Part shown: positions 14,184 through 23,453 of the stretch, one piece after another
Layout: each line of letters starts with the position of its first letter
Numbering within the stretch: position 1 is the first letter of the stretch
IMG/VR virus record: IMGVR_UViG_3300030606_000033
Coordinates: 1 to 33,187 of that record
Reading direction: 5' to 3' (one strand)
Source of the DNA: a virus
Lineage: Duplodnaviria; Caudoviricetes
Length of the DNA: 33,187 nucleotides
The notes under the pieces: generated by a model
The model's database searches: none
Seen by the model: the letters and a program-made list of their open reading frames with translations, nothing else
Told to the model about the DNA's origin: nothing
Position numbers and translations under genes: made by a program

Positions 14184-16259
14184 TTAGTCTATCCTTTGCC
14201 CGATGCTGATATTGTCGATTTCCAAAACAGCTGTGGCATCACCGTCGACGCCACCCTTGATAAACCGTATTAAAGACAGCGTTTCACCCTCGTAACCGCT
14301 TAGATCGACTGTAGCCTGGGTGTAGTTGCCCTGCTCGATCGCTTCAAATGGCACAAAACCCACGAATACCTGGCCGCTTTCCGCCGTAATGAGCACCAGA
14401 AAAACAACGTTTTCATTGGTTGACCAGCTTTGGGTGTTCTGGTATCGATATTGATAGCTTAGATAATAATTTCGACCGAGCAGCAGGTCAGGCTCAATTG
14501 TTACATAATCCACATTCGCGTCATCCAGCTGAGCAATCAACCGCCCGATCGAACATGACCAATCGCCGGGATCAGGGTCAAACTCCCAACCATCAGGACA
14601 GCTATCAAAATCCCAGGTGACAACCTCGTCTATCTCGACATCAGCCCCGTAGGCAAAATACGGCTCGAGTTTCAGAGTGGTGCGGACCGCCTTTCCTGAA
14701 GACCAACTGTGCTCGATCTTGCCGATCCTGAATAGCCTATTGACCCAAATAGCCTCCGCCGTGAGGTGGATCAGATCGGCGTACAGGTCCAGGTCGAACT
14801 GAATATCAGGCCGATCCTCCAGCCGGATGGCCGGATAGGGCGTTGGAGTCCTCAACTCTTCGAGGAGAAACGCTGTCATAAGCTCCGCGTCCGCATTCTC
14901 CTGGGTCCAGGGCGAGTCGAGCCTGAACGTCCGTGTGTCGTAGATCGCTATGCTCTCCCCATCCTCTACGCCTATGATGTTGTCGTATTTCGAGTAAAGC
15001 GCGTCGCCGCCAATCTCCAGGTTGCGAAGGTAGCCGTCTGTGGCATCTGTATTCTGTACAATGACGGTGGCCCCATCACCACGCTCGCCGATTTGCTCAG
15101 TATGAGTCAAGGCGCTTCCGCCGTCCGGTGCATCTGTCAGCGTAACGCTGATATAAAGGTTCAGTGGAACCACCGCGTATGAGCCAAACTTGAACTCGAC
15201 ATCGGTAACCAGCGCAGTCTCAGCCGCTATGGGAATCGCGTCGTCATCATCGCCGCCAGTCTGAAACAGGACTTCAGGAGAGCCGAATATCTCAGCCTTG
15301 ATCTGGTGAACCCCGATCTCGACTCTATTCCTGAGTGTCTCCCAGGGCTGTGGCACGGTGATGTCCCGCAAAATCTGGCTCTGGTCCAATGTGACGATCT
15401 TATCGTAGGTAAACGACCGGGCAAAGAACCGCGCCTGTCCATTCCGGTCATGCAGGAACGTACCGACCTCGGCATTCTCCAACTCTCGAACGGCCTCCAT
15501 AGCGTCCCTGCGCCAGAACCAGGCCCACTTCAGCCCCTTATAGGTGCTATTGTTATAGTCATCGAGCAGGCTGTACACACGCGGCCACTCATCCGGCCAG
15601 CCAGCAGCCTCCAGGATGGTGTCTACCCACCGGCCAGTCGTCCACGTCGAACTCTGCTGACCGGCCTGGTGGTTCCTGAAACCAACCCTGACATTGCGGT
15701 CAGACAAAAACTGCTGGCCATCTACAACGTCGATCTTGACCATCCTTCGATTGCCGTCATTGTACGGCTGGATGTCCGCAATCCGGCCATACATCAGGGA
15801 GTAGTTCGTACCCGTTTCAGCATCCTTTACGGCCAGCCGGACCGATTTGCCCGGCGTCACGTTGGGGTAAAGGGACGAGTTGGGGTTGAACGGGTTATAT
15901 CGCCCGTCGTCGTTGTCCAGGATAACGGTAGCCTGCCCGGCCTGGTATCGCTCAAAGCCGTGGCCTCCCGGCCTGACAAAATAGTCGCGGCCTCTGGACA
16001 GGTTAAACGAGGTCATTCTCGTGGCCTCGTTCTCCCCGGTGAAGTAGCCGTCCGCATCCCAGTCGACAATGAGCGTCCAGAGCAGCATGGACTCCGCACA
16101 CGACGCGCCGTACTGCTTCTCACCATACTTGAACGTACCGTACCTCTGGACCCCAACCAGGATGACGTAGAGCATAAACAGCCCGGCGTCGTCGAGAGCC
16201 AGCGTGTCATCCGAATTGTTTATGGCTACGACGGTTCGACAGTCAGTCAGAACGCTCAT
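14184..16259 (-). CDS. Minor tail / tail-tip hub protein with C-terminal beta-sandwich domain
   Basis: Position after the tape measure gene; LSRGR..AGQATVILDNDDGRYNP motif of siphovirus minor tail proteins. Confidence 0.75.
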   Translation of the reverse strand: MSVLTDCRTVVAINNSDDTLALDDAGLFMLYVILVGVQRYGTFKYGEKQYGASCAESMLLWTLIVDWDADGYFTGENEATRMTSFNLSRGRDYFVRPGGHGFERYQAGQATVILDNDDGRYNPFNPNSSLYPNVTPGKSVRLAVKDAETGTNYSLMYGRIADIQPYNDGNRRMVKIDVVDGQQFLSDRNVRVGFRNHQAGQQSSTWTTGRWVDTILEAAGWPDEWPRVYSLLDDYNNSTYKGLKWAWFWRRDAMEAVRELENAEVGTFLHDRNGQARFFARSFTYDKIVTLDQSQILRDITVPQPWETLRNRVEIGVHQIKAEIFGSPEVLFQTGGDDDDAIPIAAETALVTDVEFKFGSYAVVPLNLYISVTLTDAPDGGSALTHTEQIGERGDGATVIVQNTDATDGYLRNLEIGGDALYSKYDNIIGVEDGESIAIYDTRTFRLDSPWTQENADAELMTAFLLEELRTPTPYPAIRLEDRPDIQFDLDLYADLIHLTAEAIWVNRLFRIGKIEHSWSSGKAVRTTLKLEPYFAYGADVEIDEVVTWDFDSCPDGWEFDPDPGDWSCSIGRLIAQLDDANVDYVTIEPDLLLGRNYYLSYQYRYQNTQSWSTNENVVFLVLITAESGQVFVGFVPFEAIEQGNYTQATVDLSGYEGETLSLIRFIKGGVDGDATAVLEIDNISIGQRID

Positions 16260-16648
16260 GCAATCGTACCACAGGGAATGTACAGCAACCCGACGCCGGT
16301 TATCGAGATCCTGATGAAGTGGGTGACGGTCAACGTCTTGGCCCCGACTCCCTCGATTGGATTTCCGACCCCTACCGTTGCCGAAAACTCAATCATTTCC
16401 TCGGACAAGTCCTGCTGAGTGAGCTTCACCACCGGTAATGCCGCCGTGTCCAAAAGCGTAATATCGAGTGCGCCAAAAACATCCTCTTTTGCCAGTCCAC
16501 TCCCGATGATCTGCCTCACATACTGATCTTCGAGAATGGACAAATCCATCTTGCGGGCCTCGGTGAAGGCGGCCTTGTCTACCACTATAGATGCAGCAGC
16601 GTCGAACGACGCCTGGTCGGTTAAGTCTGGAATTCGCTTGAATGACAT
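16256..16648 (-). CDS. Small tail-associated hypothetical protein
   Basis: Between the TMP and hub genes and translationally coupled. Confidence 0.65.
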   Translation of the reverse strand: MSFKRIPDLTDQASFDAAASIVVDKAAFTEARKMDLSILEDQYVRQIIGSGLAKEDVFGALDITLLDTAALPVVKLTQQDLSEEMIEFSATVGVGNPIEGVGAKTLTVTHFIRISITGVGLLYIPCGTIA

Positions 16649-16651
16649 ACC

Positions 16652-18955
16652 CTAGCCCCCTACCGCTACGCCCGCCCGTCTCAGGCCACCTAGGATGAGC
16701 GGAATAAGTTTTTGATCTATCTCGATTTTGTCTGCCGTTGAAATTGTCGGCTGGTACTGAAGAATGATCTGAACAGCAGCACCGACCGCACCGCCTGTCG
16801 AAGTAGCCGCCGCCGCGCCGACCAAGGAACGCACTCCCGCCCCGACTGTCCGCCTGGCCCGTTCGGGGTTTTTGAACGGGCTGGCAAAGCTGTCTATCGT
16901 GTTCTCCCCCATGTCCGTGAACACCTTGGACGGGGACCCAATTCCCAGTGCCCTTCTCGCAGCATTGAGCATATCCATTGCGGCCTTGACAGCGGCGGCC
17001 ATAAGCGACGGTATACCGTTGATGACCCCGGACTTGATGCCCTCGACAATTCTCCCGCCCAGGACCCGGGCAATCGTCGCCAGGTTGGAGTGCATGCCGC
17101 GAATGACCTCCCCCAGCTTATTCAACGTAGTTGGCTGAAAGTCACCCCCCAGTTTATTTAGAATGCCGGCCAATATCCCGGCAACAACGTTGGCCCCCAC
17201 CACAATCAGGATGCTGGCAATTGCAGCCACACCAATTAAAAGGCCCGTTGCTAACTTGGTGAGTATCTCGGCTATCAGCCCGGCGTTTTGAAACAGGAAC
17301 ACAATCCCGTCTGCAACCCACTGCCCTATTGCAGTCCCGGCCTCAACCATCCTGGCTTGCGACTCGTCGCCCATGGCCCAGGCCCCAATGGCGATCAGCA
17401 GCCCTGCCAGGACTACTCCAACTTGATCCACGGCTCCGCTCACCCAGGACCAGAACGCTAAAATCCAGCCGTGAACATTCTCGCGGATTACGGGTCCCTG
17501 GCCGGTGAGAAAGGTGGTTATGCCGACCATCAAATTATCGAGATAGGTTGGAATATTGGCGTAAGCCAGGGCGGCCCACTCAAAGATTTGGTCGGCAAAC
17601 CTGTTGACGATGGGCATGACCGTTGTATTCCAGGTAGTCAGGAGAAACGTCCCAATGGCGACTAGCAGCCGTGCCAGGACTGGTCCAACCTGTGGGTACG
17701 ACTCAACTACCCAGGCGAAAATGTCGTTCTTCCAGCCCATAATGGTCGGCAGGACGAACGTATTCCAGGCTTCCGCCAGCATCGGCCCCAGCGCCTCGAT
17801 CACGCCCTGTACCCCGCCGGCCTGGAACGCATTCCATAGCTCCATCACCGTGCGTCGGGCGTCTAACAGGAACGTGATCAGCCCGCTGTCCTCCGGTAGC
17901 CCAAAGATGCCCCCGGTAAAGTCGCCGGTGACCAGCATGGTAAACAGGTTGATCGTGGACTGGAGAGCCGGCACCAGCTGGGCCGAGAACCAATCGACCA
18001 GCATCGGCAGCACCCGGTTGGCCAGATCGCCGGCCTTGGCCAGAAACGGCGTGACGACCGGCAAGAGCTTGACCCCCATCTCGGTCGCGGCTTCGGTGAT
18101 GGTCGCCTTGAGCTTGCGCATCTGGTTGGCCCAAGAGCCGGAGGTGCGTTCGGCGTCCCCCTGGGCGTCGGTCGTGCCCTTCATGATCAGGCTAAGAATA
18201 GCCTGCGCCTTGGCCTGAGCGTCGAGTTCGCCGGTGGTGCCGGCCAGGGCATCGCTCAGTTTTTCTTCGGCCTTGCGGACCCTCTCTTCAGCGGCCATCA
18301 TTTGAGAGGCGGACGCCGTGCCCTTAGATCTGAGTTCGTTGAGCTTCTGCTGTTGGATGGTCAGGTTGTTCTGGCCCGCCGTGAGCTTTTCGGTGTCGAC
18401 CGAACCTTTGAGCAGGCCCAGATTGAGCGCCTCCTGCTCGATGGCGCTTTGGTTGATGACCACGCCATACTTGCGCATGACCTCGGTATTGCCCACGACG
18501 GCAGTTTGCAGGTCGTTCAGGACCTCACCGTCGGCCACGTTGTTGAAGCTGCCCAGGTCCACGGCCAGCTTGGTCAACTGAGTCGACATATCGGCCGCGG
18601 CTGTCCTGGCAAACCCAAGGGGAACGAACGTGTCCTGCAGAGCCGCGGCGTAGCCCATGAGCTCAAACTTGTTACGGCCCACCGCGTTGCCGAAATCGTC
18701 CAGGGACTTGGTGACTCGATCGCCTTCTTCACTAAAGACGATATTAAACTTCCCCTGCATCTCCTCGGCGTCGGATCCGAGGCTGATCAGCTTCGCCCCG
18801 GCCAGACCTGCGCCGACACCTATGCTGGACAGTGCGGCCAGGCCGATCGCGGCTACACTGGCCACACTGGCCAGGCCGGACTTGAGGCTAGATAACCCGG
18901 CCGTTGCGTTTCCATCCTGGTTGACCAGGATTCTTAACGTTCGTGTCGTCGTCAT
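16652..18955 (-). CDS. Tape measure protein
   Basis: 767 aa, helical and Ala/Gly-rich; LAVDLGSFNN, GDAERTSGSWANQ, LGIGSPSKVF; follows the tail chaperones. Confidence 0.92.
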   Translation of the reverse strand: MTTTRTLRILVNQDGNATAGLSSLKSGLASVASVAAIGLAALSSIGVGAGLAGAKLISLGSDAEEMQGKFNIVFSEEGDRVTKSLDDFGNAVGRNKFELMGYAAALQDTFVPLGFARTAAADMSTQLTKLAVDLGSFNNVADGEVLNDLQTAVVGNTEVMRKYGVVINQSAIEQEALNLGLLKGSVDTEKLTAGQNNLTIQQQKLNELRSKGTASASQMMAAEERVRKAEEKLSDALAGTTGELDAQAKAQAILSLIMKGTTDAQGDAERTSGSWANQMRKLKATITEAATEMGVKLLPVVTPFLAKAGDLANRVLPMLVDWFSAQLVPALQSTINLFTMLVTGDFTGGIFGLPEDSGLITFLLDARRTVMELWNAFQAGGVQGVIEALGPMLAEAWNTFVLPTIMGWKNDIFAWVVESYPQVGPVLARLLVAIGTFLLTTWNTTVMPIVNRFADQIFEWAALAYANIPTYLDNLMVGITTFLTGQGPVIRENVHGWILAFWSWVSGAVDQVGVVLAGLLIAIGAWAMGDESQARMVEAGTAIGQWVADGIVFLFQNAGLIAEILTKLATGLLIGVAAIASILIVVGANVVAGILAGILNKLGGDFQPTTLNKLGEVIRGMHSNLATIARVLGGRIVEGIKSGVINGIPSLMAAAVKAAMDMLNAARRALGIGSPSKVFTDMGENTIDSFASPFKNPERARRTVGAGVRSLVGAAAATSTGGAVGAAVQIILQYQPTISTADKIEIDQKLIPLILGGLRRAGVAVGG

Positions 18956-19544
18956 ATTTGAATACCGCTCTGGGCCATGCGGCAGACGACCTCCTTAAGG
19001 CGCGCCACCTCTACCGCGTCTTCTTCTCGTAGTTGTCCGGGCGGGATGTGGTATTTGATCCAGATCAGGGTGTCGTCCAGCCAGGGGGGAGTGTCAAACG
19101 CGTGGTCTGGCTCAAAGGTTGGGTCGTCTACTACCCAGTCTTCCTGGCTCTCTTCGTCGGCTTTGCCTGATCGAACCCTTTCGGACCAGAGGACGAGCGC
19201 GAGACGTTCGTTTTTTTTACCTCGGCCCGGTCCATAATCGCGTTGAACTCATCCATCACGGCAAAGTACTGGTCGTCCGTCAGTTCGTCGGGTATGCCAA
19301 CCGGCACCCGCTCCCCGGTGTCCTCGTCGATAAACGACCAGTCCAGAACCAGGCTCATAACCAGGGCAGTCAGATTGGCCTCGGCCTGGCTGAGTTCAGC
19401 AGCGTCCAGGTTGTCCAGGTCGACGTGGCCCTGGTCATCCGGATTCAAAACCGCAAATAGATCAAGCGCCTTGCGCCGATGCTTGTACTTCAGGGTCTTC
19501 CATGAAATCTTCGGCCTGGACGCGCTTCCGTTTTCGTTTGACAT
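18952..19544 (-). CDS. Tail assembly chaperone GT-type -1 frameshift product
   Basis: Slippery A AAA AAA at 19211-19218. The -1 frame (NERLALVLWSE...QSGIQI) is open to a TGA overlapping the TMP ATG. Confidence 0.8.
19131..19544 (-). CDS. Tail assembly chaperone (G-type)
   Basis: Between the tail tube and TMP genes; GGAG RBS; contains the slippery site. Confidence 0.85.
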   Translation of the reverse strand: MSNENGSASRPKISWKTLKYKHRRKALDLFAVLNPDDQGHVDLDNLDAAELSQAEANLTALVMSLVLDWSFIDEDTGERVPVGIPDELTDDQYFAVMDEFNAIMDRAEVKKTNVSRSSSGPKGFDQAKPTKRARKTG

Positions 19545-19752
19545 CGTTGCTCCCCGTTATTCGCTCGAATTCGCTAACAATTAGCGCCTTATGTTCCTTA
19601 CTTAACCCATCGATGACCCCGACCGGAGCCATCTCGCCTGTTTGGTTCCTGAGCGCCCAGGCCGCCACGAGCTTAGCCGCGTATGCGACCCTGTCCTCAC
19701 TGGCCTGGAACGACTTGATGTGCCTTGGGTCGATCTGACAAAACCAAATCAT
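19462..19752 (-). CDS. Truncated paralog of the tail assembly chaperone
   Basis: LVAAWALRNQTGEMAPVGVIDGL..EF aligns with the chaperone segment LVLDWSFIDEDTGERVPVGIPDEL..EF. Confidence 0.55.
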   Translation of the reverse strand: MIWFCQIDPRHIKSFQASEDRVAYAAKLVAAWALRNQTGEMAPVGVIDGLSKEHKALIVSEFERITGSNDVKRKRKRVQAEDFMEDPEVQASAQGA

Positions 19753-19762
19753 TATACTGCCC

Positions 19763-20731
19763 CTACAACGCCGCCAGGGCGCTGTTGATGATCAGGTTGC
19801 CGGTGTTGCCACTCCCGTCCTTCTGCCCTGAGTACTTGAGCTTGATAATGTTATTGCCGTCGCGGTCATCGAGTTCGCTCACATCCTCGATGAAATAGAC
19901 GCCGTTGATCTGGAACTCGTAAGTCGAGGCGGCTACGCTGTCATTGGCGTAGATCTGCACAACAGACAGGTCCTCGGTCAGCATCTTGTCCATCTCGGCC
20001 TCGGTCACGGCATGCTCAGCCTCGACCGTTACCTCCAGGCTGATTGCCCAGACATCGTTGCCGTAATCGTTCGGCGACAGACTCCCGGCGAACAGCTTTT
20101 GGTGGAATAAGTTTTCCAGCTTCCAGGTGAATGAGATGAGTTTGGGGAGCGGTGTAGTGCCCAGGCCTGCCCAGGCGTCATCGATGGAGAGCACGGTGTC
20201 CGCCATCTTGATAGTACGGGGCGCGGCGGTTGGAGATGGAGTTGCCGTATGGGCAGCCGGTTTAGTGGTCGCCCCGCCGACAGCAGGAACCTTGATGACC
20301 CACGCCTTGCCCGCCTCCCCGCTGATCTCCAGGCCCGTGGCAAACACATCCACCCCCCGCACGATGTGGTTAGCGCCGTCGCCGTATTCCAAACTATAAA
20401 CGGCAATCGTATCAACGGTTGCATCCGGAATGGCAAACGTCCATGTCGTGTCCGGGTCATTGAACACCGTCGCCCCGTCACCCAGGGCCATGCTGACCAG
20501 ATACGGAGCATGGTCGTAGTACGCTGCCGGTAAGGACAGTTCACCGCCGCTCTTCACAGACCCAATATAATGCCGGGCCGGAGCGTAGCTACCGATGTTC
20601 TCCTCGACCTTGATTTTCTCGGTCATCATCTTGTAGCTGCTCATCGCCCGGAGGGCAACGTCAACGTTCACCCCGGTCCCGAAATCGGCTTGTTTGCCGA
20701 TATAGACTACTCTCTTTGCTTTGGAACTCAT
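19763..20731 (-). CDS. Major tail (tube) protein
   Basis: 322 aa, beta-rich, located before the chaperone and TMP genes. Confidence 0.8.
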   Translation of the reverse strand: MSSKAKRVVYIGKQADFGTGVNVDVALRAMSSYKMMTEKIKVEENIGSYAPARHYIGSVKSGGELSLPAAYYDHAPYLVSMALGDGATVFNDPDTTWTFAIPDATVDTIAVYSLEYGDGANHIVRGVDVFATGLEISGEAGKAWVIKVPAVGGATTKPAAHTATPSPTAAPRTIKMADTVLSIDDAWAGLGTTPLPKLISFTWKLENLFHQKLFAGSLSPNDYGNDVWAISLEVTVEAEHAVTEAEMDKMLTEDLSVVQIYANDSVAASTYEFQINGVYFIEDVSELDDRDGNNIIKLKYSGQKDGSGNTGNLIINSALAAL

Positions 20732-20741
20732 CTCAGATCTC

Positions 20742-21161
20742 CTATGAGGTTAAGGTCTCCTTGACCTGCAGCCGGTGTTGTTCGACCCGGTAAGGGACTC
20801 CGCTAAAACTACCGAACAGGCCATCCGACGCTTCTTCCAGCTCCAGCTCGTTCCAGTTGGCGTTGCCGACATTGGCCCGGATCACGTCCCTCACCACCTC
20901 ATGCAGGTCGTCCAGGTCGTCTTCGTGGTCGGCGCTGTTACCGCGTTTGAGCAGCACGTCCAGGAAAAAATGGTGCAGGTCGTCGTTCATGTGGGCCGAC
21001 ATAAAGTTGTGGCGCGAATCATCGGTATAAATACACAGCACCTTGGACGCGCCCAGCAGATCCAGCGGCAGGTAACCCAGGACCAGGGTGAACGAACCCT
21101 CGGCCTGGAACAACGAAACCAGCTCCTGGCGAATGGCTTTACGCGTCATAACGGCGCCCAC
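20742..21161 (-). CDS. Tail terminator-like protein
   Basis: Size, acidity and synteny; the start may be ATG 21149. Confidence 0.65.
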   Translation of the reverse strand: MGAVMTRKAIRQELVSLFQAEGSFTLVLGYLPLDLLGASKVLCIYTDDSRHNFMSAHMNDDLHHFFLDVLLKRGNSADHEDDLDDLHEVVRDVIRANVGNANWNELELEEASDGLFGSFSGVPYRVEQHRLQVKETLTS

Positions 21162-21442
21162 ACCCCGTCGGCAAAATCCTTCAGGTTGAATGCCTCGATG
21201 GCCCGGGTCGCCAAGGCATGCTCGCCGCCCCGCTCCTCCTCGTCGCCGGCATACGGGGCGTCGGCCCCGGCCACGTTGCCTTTGTGGTAAATCGTCGACT
21301 TGAGATACCCCGTATCGACGTGGACAAACTTCTTCATTAGGGCGTCCAGCTCCGCGGTGATGATCTCCACGTCGCCGATGGTCTCGATGACCTTTTGCAG
21401 GTCCCGCCCCAGTTTATCGAAGCCAATCGTCTTAACTGCCAA
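21146..21442 (-). CDS. HK97 gp10-like neck/tail completion protein
   Basis: VHVDTGYLKSTI and APYA..E motifs. Confidence 0.75.
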   Translation of the reverse strand: MAVKTIGFDKLGRDLQKVIETIGDVEIITAELDALMKKFVHVDTGYLKSTIYHKGNVAGADAPYAGDEEERGGEHALATRAIEAFNLKDFADGVWAPL

Positions 21443-21743
21443 GCTGCTCCTCCAGAATCAAATGGTAGAAGGCATCCAGGCCGCCCTGGGCCGCCCACGG
21501 GCCGACAAAGCGGACCGCGTAGGTCGTGCCACCCGAGACCAGGTAATCCCCGGTCACAAAATCGGCGTACTTGGTGAAGGTCTCCCGGAGCAGAAACAGC
21601 TTCGAGATCGGGTAGTCGTCGGTCGGCGCCTTCGACGCCGGGTCAATCGGCATGCAGGCGATACCGGTCGCGACCTCGGACAGCGTGGCCGCCCCGGTCG
21701 GGTTGTTGAGGTGGTCGCACGTGTTGGTCAGGAAGCTGTCCAT
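21432..21743 (-). CDS. Head closure (stopper)-like protein
   Basis: 103 aa, beta-rich; GDYLVSGGTTYAV; synteny. Confidence 0.65.
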   Translation of the reverse strand: MDSFLTNTCDHLNNPTGAATLSEVATGIACMPIDPASKAPTDDYPISKLFLLRETFTKYADFVTGDYLVSGGTTYAVRFVGPWAAQGGLDAFYHLILEEQLGS

Positions 21744-22570
21744 CAGTCCCCCAGCTCAAAATCCTCGGCCTGGTGGGTCAGCTTGCGCATGACGACACGT
21801 CCACTGCCCCCGCCGCCGGCCAGCGCCTTGACCTGCCGGGCTCGCTGCGAAAAGTTTTCCTGGCGCGGCCCCACCTTGACATCCACCTCGACCGCGTAAT
21901 CGCGCTGCAGCTGCTCGATCATCTCCTGCTCGATGGCGTCCAGGGCCGTATCGACCAGGTTGGCCTCCAGGTAACGCACGTCCGGCAGATCCGTCTCCGG
22001 ATCAATCGCCCCCACCGCTCGCAGGCCCGCGTCGACCGCATAGGTGTAGTCACCCTCGGTCAGCGCTCCGGCCGGCGTCGTGCTCAGGCTGCGCGTGCTG
22101 GCCAGCCTGGCCAGCTTGGCGTTGACCCGCGTCGCCAGCTCGGCCCGCGTCAGCGGCACCCACCAGACCCAGACATCGTCGATCTTGATATCGCCGCTGC
22201 CCCGGTTGTTTTTTATCCGCAGGGTGTAGGTCGTACCCGGGGCCAGCCCGAATTCGTAGGTCTGCTCGGTCCAGGCGTCGGCCGTCACAGTGCCGGCGTT
22301 CTGGGTCAGCACCGTATTGCCGTCCCCGTCCACAACCCGCAGCGTCAGGTCCGAGGTGGCCAGGTTGTCGGTGTCGGGTTTGATGGCCAGGTGGACCGTC
22401 CAGGACCGGGCAGAGGGCGTTGTGAACTCCTGCTCCACATACCCGCCCGGGCCAAGGACAGCCATCCCGTAGTGCTCGTCGCCGTCACTGGCCGCGTAGC
22501 TGGCGTCTGAGGCCGTCCAGTTGTCCAGGTCGTGCCAAAAACCGCCGTTACTGAGCCGGTTTCGCTCCAA
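21743..22570 (-). CDS. Head-tail adaptor-like protein with N-terminal carbohydrate-binding (CBM4/9-like) domain
   Basis: NRLSNGGF..W...IKIDDVWV jelly-roll pattern followed by a helical adaptor-like region. Confidence 0.6.
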   Translation of the reverse strand: MERNRLSNGGFWHDLDNWTASDASYAASDGDEHYGMAVLGPGGYVEQEFTTPSARSWTVHLAIKPDTDNLATSDLTLRVVDGDGNTVLTQNAGTVTADAWTEQTYEFGLAPGTTYTLRIKNNRGSGDIKIDDVWVWWVPLTRAELATRVNAKLARLASTRSLSTTPAGALTEGDYTYAVDAGLRAVGAIDPETDLPDVRYLEANLVDTALDAIEQEMIEQLQRDYAVEVDVKVGPRQENFSQRARQVKALAGGGGSGRVVMRKLTHQAEDFELGD

Positions 22571-22943
22571 TGGCCGCCTCCACGTCCTTTACCAGAATCC
22601 GGCCGCCGGCGCCGCTGCCCTTGACCGCAGCCAGGTCGAGGCCATGCTCGCTGGCCAGCTTGACCGCTTCGTCGGTCGCCTCCGGCGCACCGTCGCCGTC
22701 CGCGTCCGGAATGTCGGCCCCGATCTCCGGCTCCGGGGTCCAGGGCTCGCAGATCGGCGACTTATGCCGCTGCACCTTCTGCTCCACGTAGACCTCGATC
22801 TCAGGATCTTCGGCCAGCCGCCAGCCGGCTTGCCCTAACCGCCCCTTGGCGTGGTCCCGGTCGCACGAGTGGACCGCGCCGGCCGGGTTGACGATGTAGT
22901 AGACGCCGTTGACGCCCTGGTGCTTGCTCTTTACCTTTGCCAT
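22548..22943 (-). CDS. Head-module protein with C-terminal E3-binding (PSBD)-like domain
   Basis: ATDEAVKLASEHGLDLAAVKGSGAGGRILVKDV; AGGAG RBS. Confidence 0.75.
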   Translation of the reverse strand: MAKVKSKHQGVNGVYYIVNPAGAVHSCDRDHAKGRLGQAGWRLAEDPEIEVYVEQKVQRHKSPICEPWTPEPEIGADIPDADGDGAPEATDEAVKLASEHGLDLAAVKGSGAGGRILVKDVEAAIGAKPAQ

Positions 22944-22964
22944 ATTATGTCTCCTCTATAACGG

Positions 22965-23444
22965 TTACCTGCCGACGGCAGTAACCGTCACGGTCACCGG
23001 GTCGGTACTGCCATCGGCAACTTCCTGGGCTATGCGCATAAAGCGCCCAAACACGGGCAACCGGTCAATGTCGGTGGTGTCGGTCGAGGCGTTGGTCGCC
23101 AGCGCCGCGCCGGCGACCCAGTTCGAGTTGTCGTTGGAGTACTGCACTGTGATCGTGATGTTGTGCCCGGCGTTCTGGTCGATAACATGCTGGATATCGA
23201 CCCAATCAAACCCCAGTAGATCAACACCGGTTGTATTGGTGTCCTCGGTGATCGCCGTCTCCGGCTGAAAACGGAAGAACCGGCCGCCGTCGGTGCTGAC
23301 CAGGTTGGCCACCGGAGTGGGTGCAGCCGGGGGTGCGGCCTGGGCCGGCTGGCCGGCGATGGGCAGCAGGGCTAAGGCCATGAGCATCACTGCGACAACG
23401 GTCGCCAGAGCCATGCTGAACGCGGATTGTTTGGTGAGTTTCAT
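22965..23444 (-). CDS. Signal-peptide-bearing beta-sandwich protein (paralog 2)
   Basis: Basic N-region, hydrophobic core, AQA cleavage site; ITVQYSNDNSNW..FMRI. Confidence 0.75.
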   Translation of the reverse strand: MKLTKQSAFSMALATVVAVMLMALALLPIAGQPAQAAPPAAPTPVANLVSTDGGRFFRFQPETAITEDTNTTGVDLLGFDWVDIQHVIDQNAGHNITITVQYSNDNSNWVAGAALATNASTDTTDIDRLPVFGRFMRIAQEVADGSTDPVTVTVTAVGR

Positions 23445-23453
23445 AGTATCCTC

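Noticed and set aside
13068-16259. Diversity-generating retroelement or shufflon acting on tail genes
   Set aside because: No reverse transcriptase, and I saw no template/variable repeat pair or inverted cassettes.
15306-16418. 370-aa plus-strand ORF and similar long antisense ORFs
   Set aside because: Shadow ORFs opposite well-supported genes in GC-rich DNA, with no recognisable motifs.
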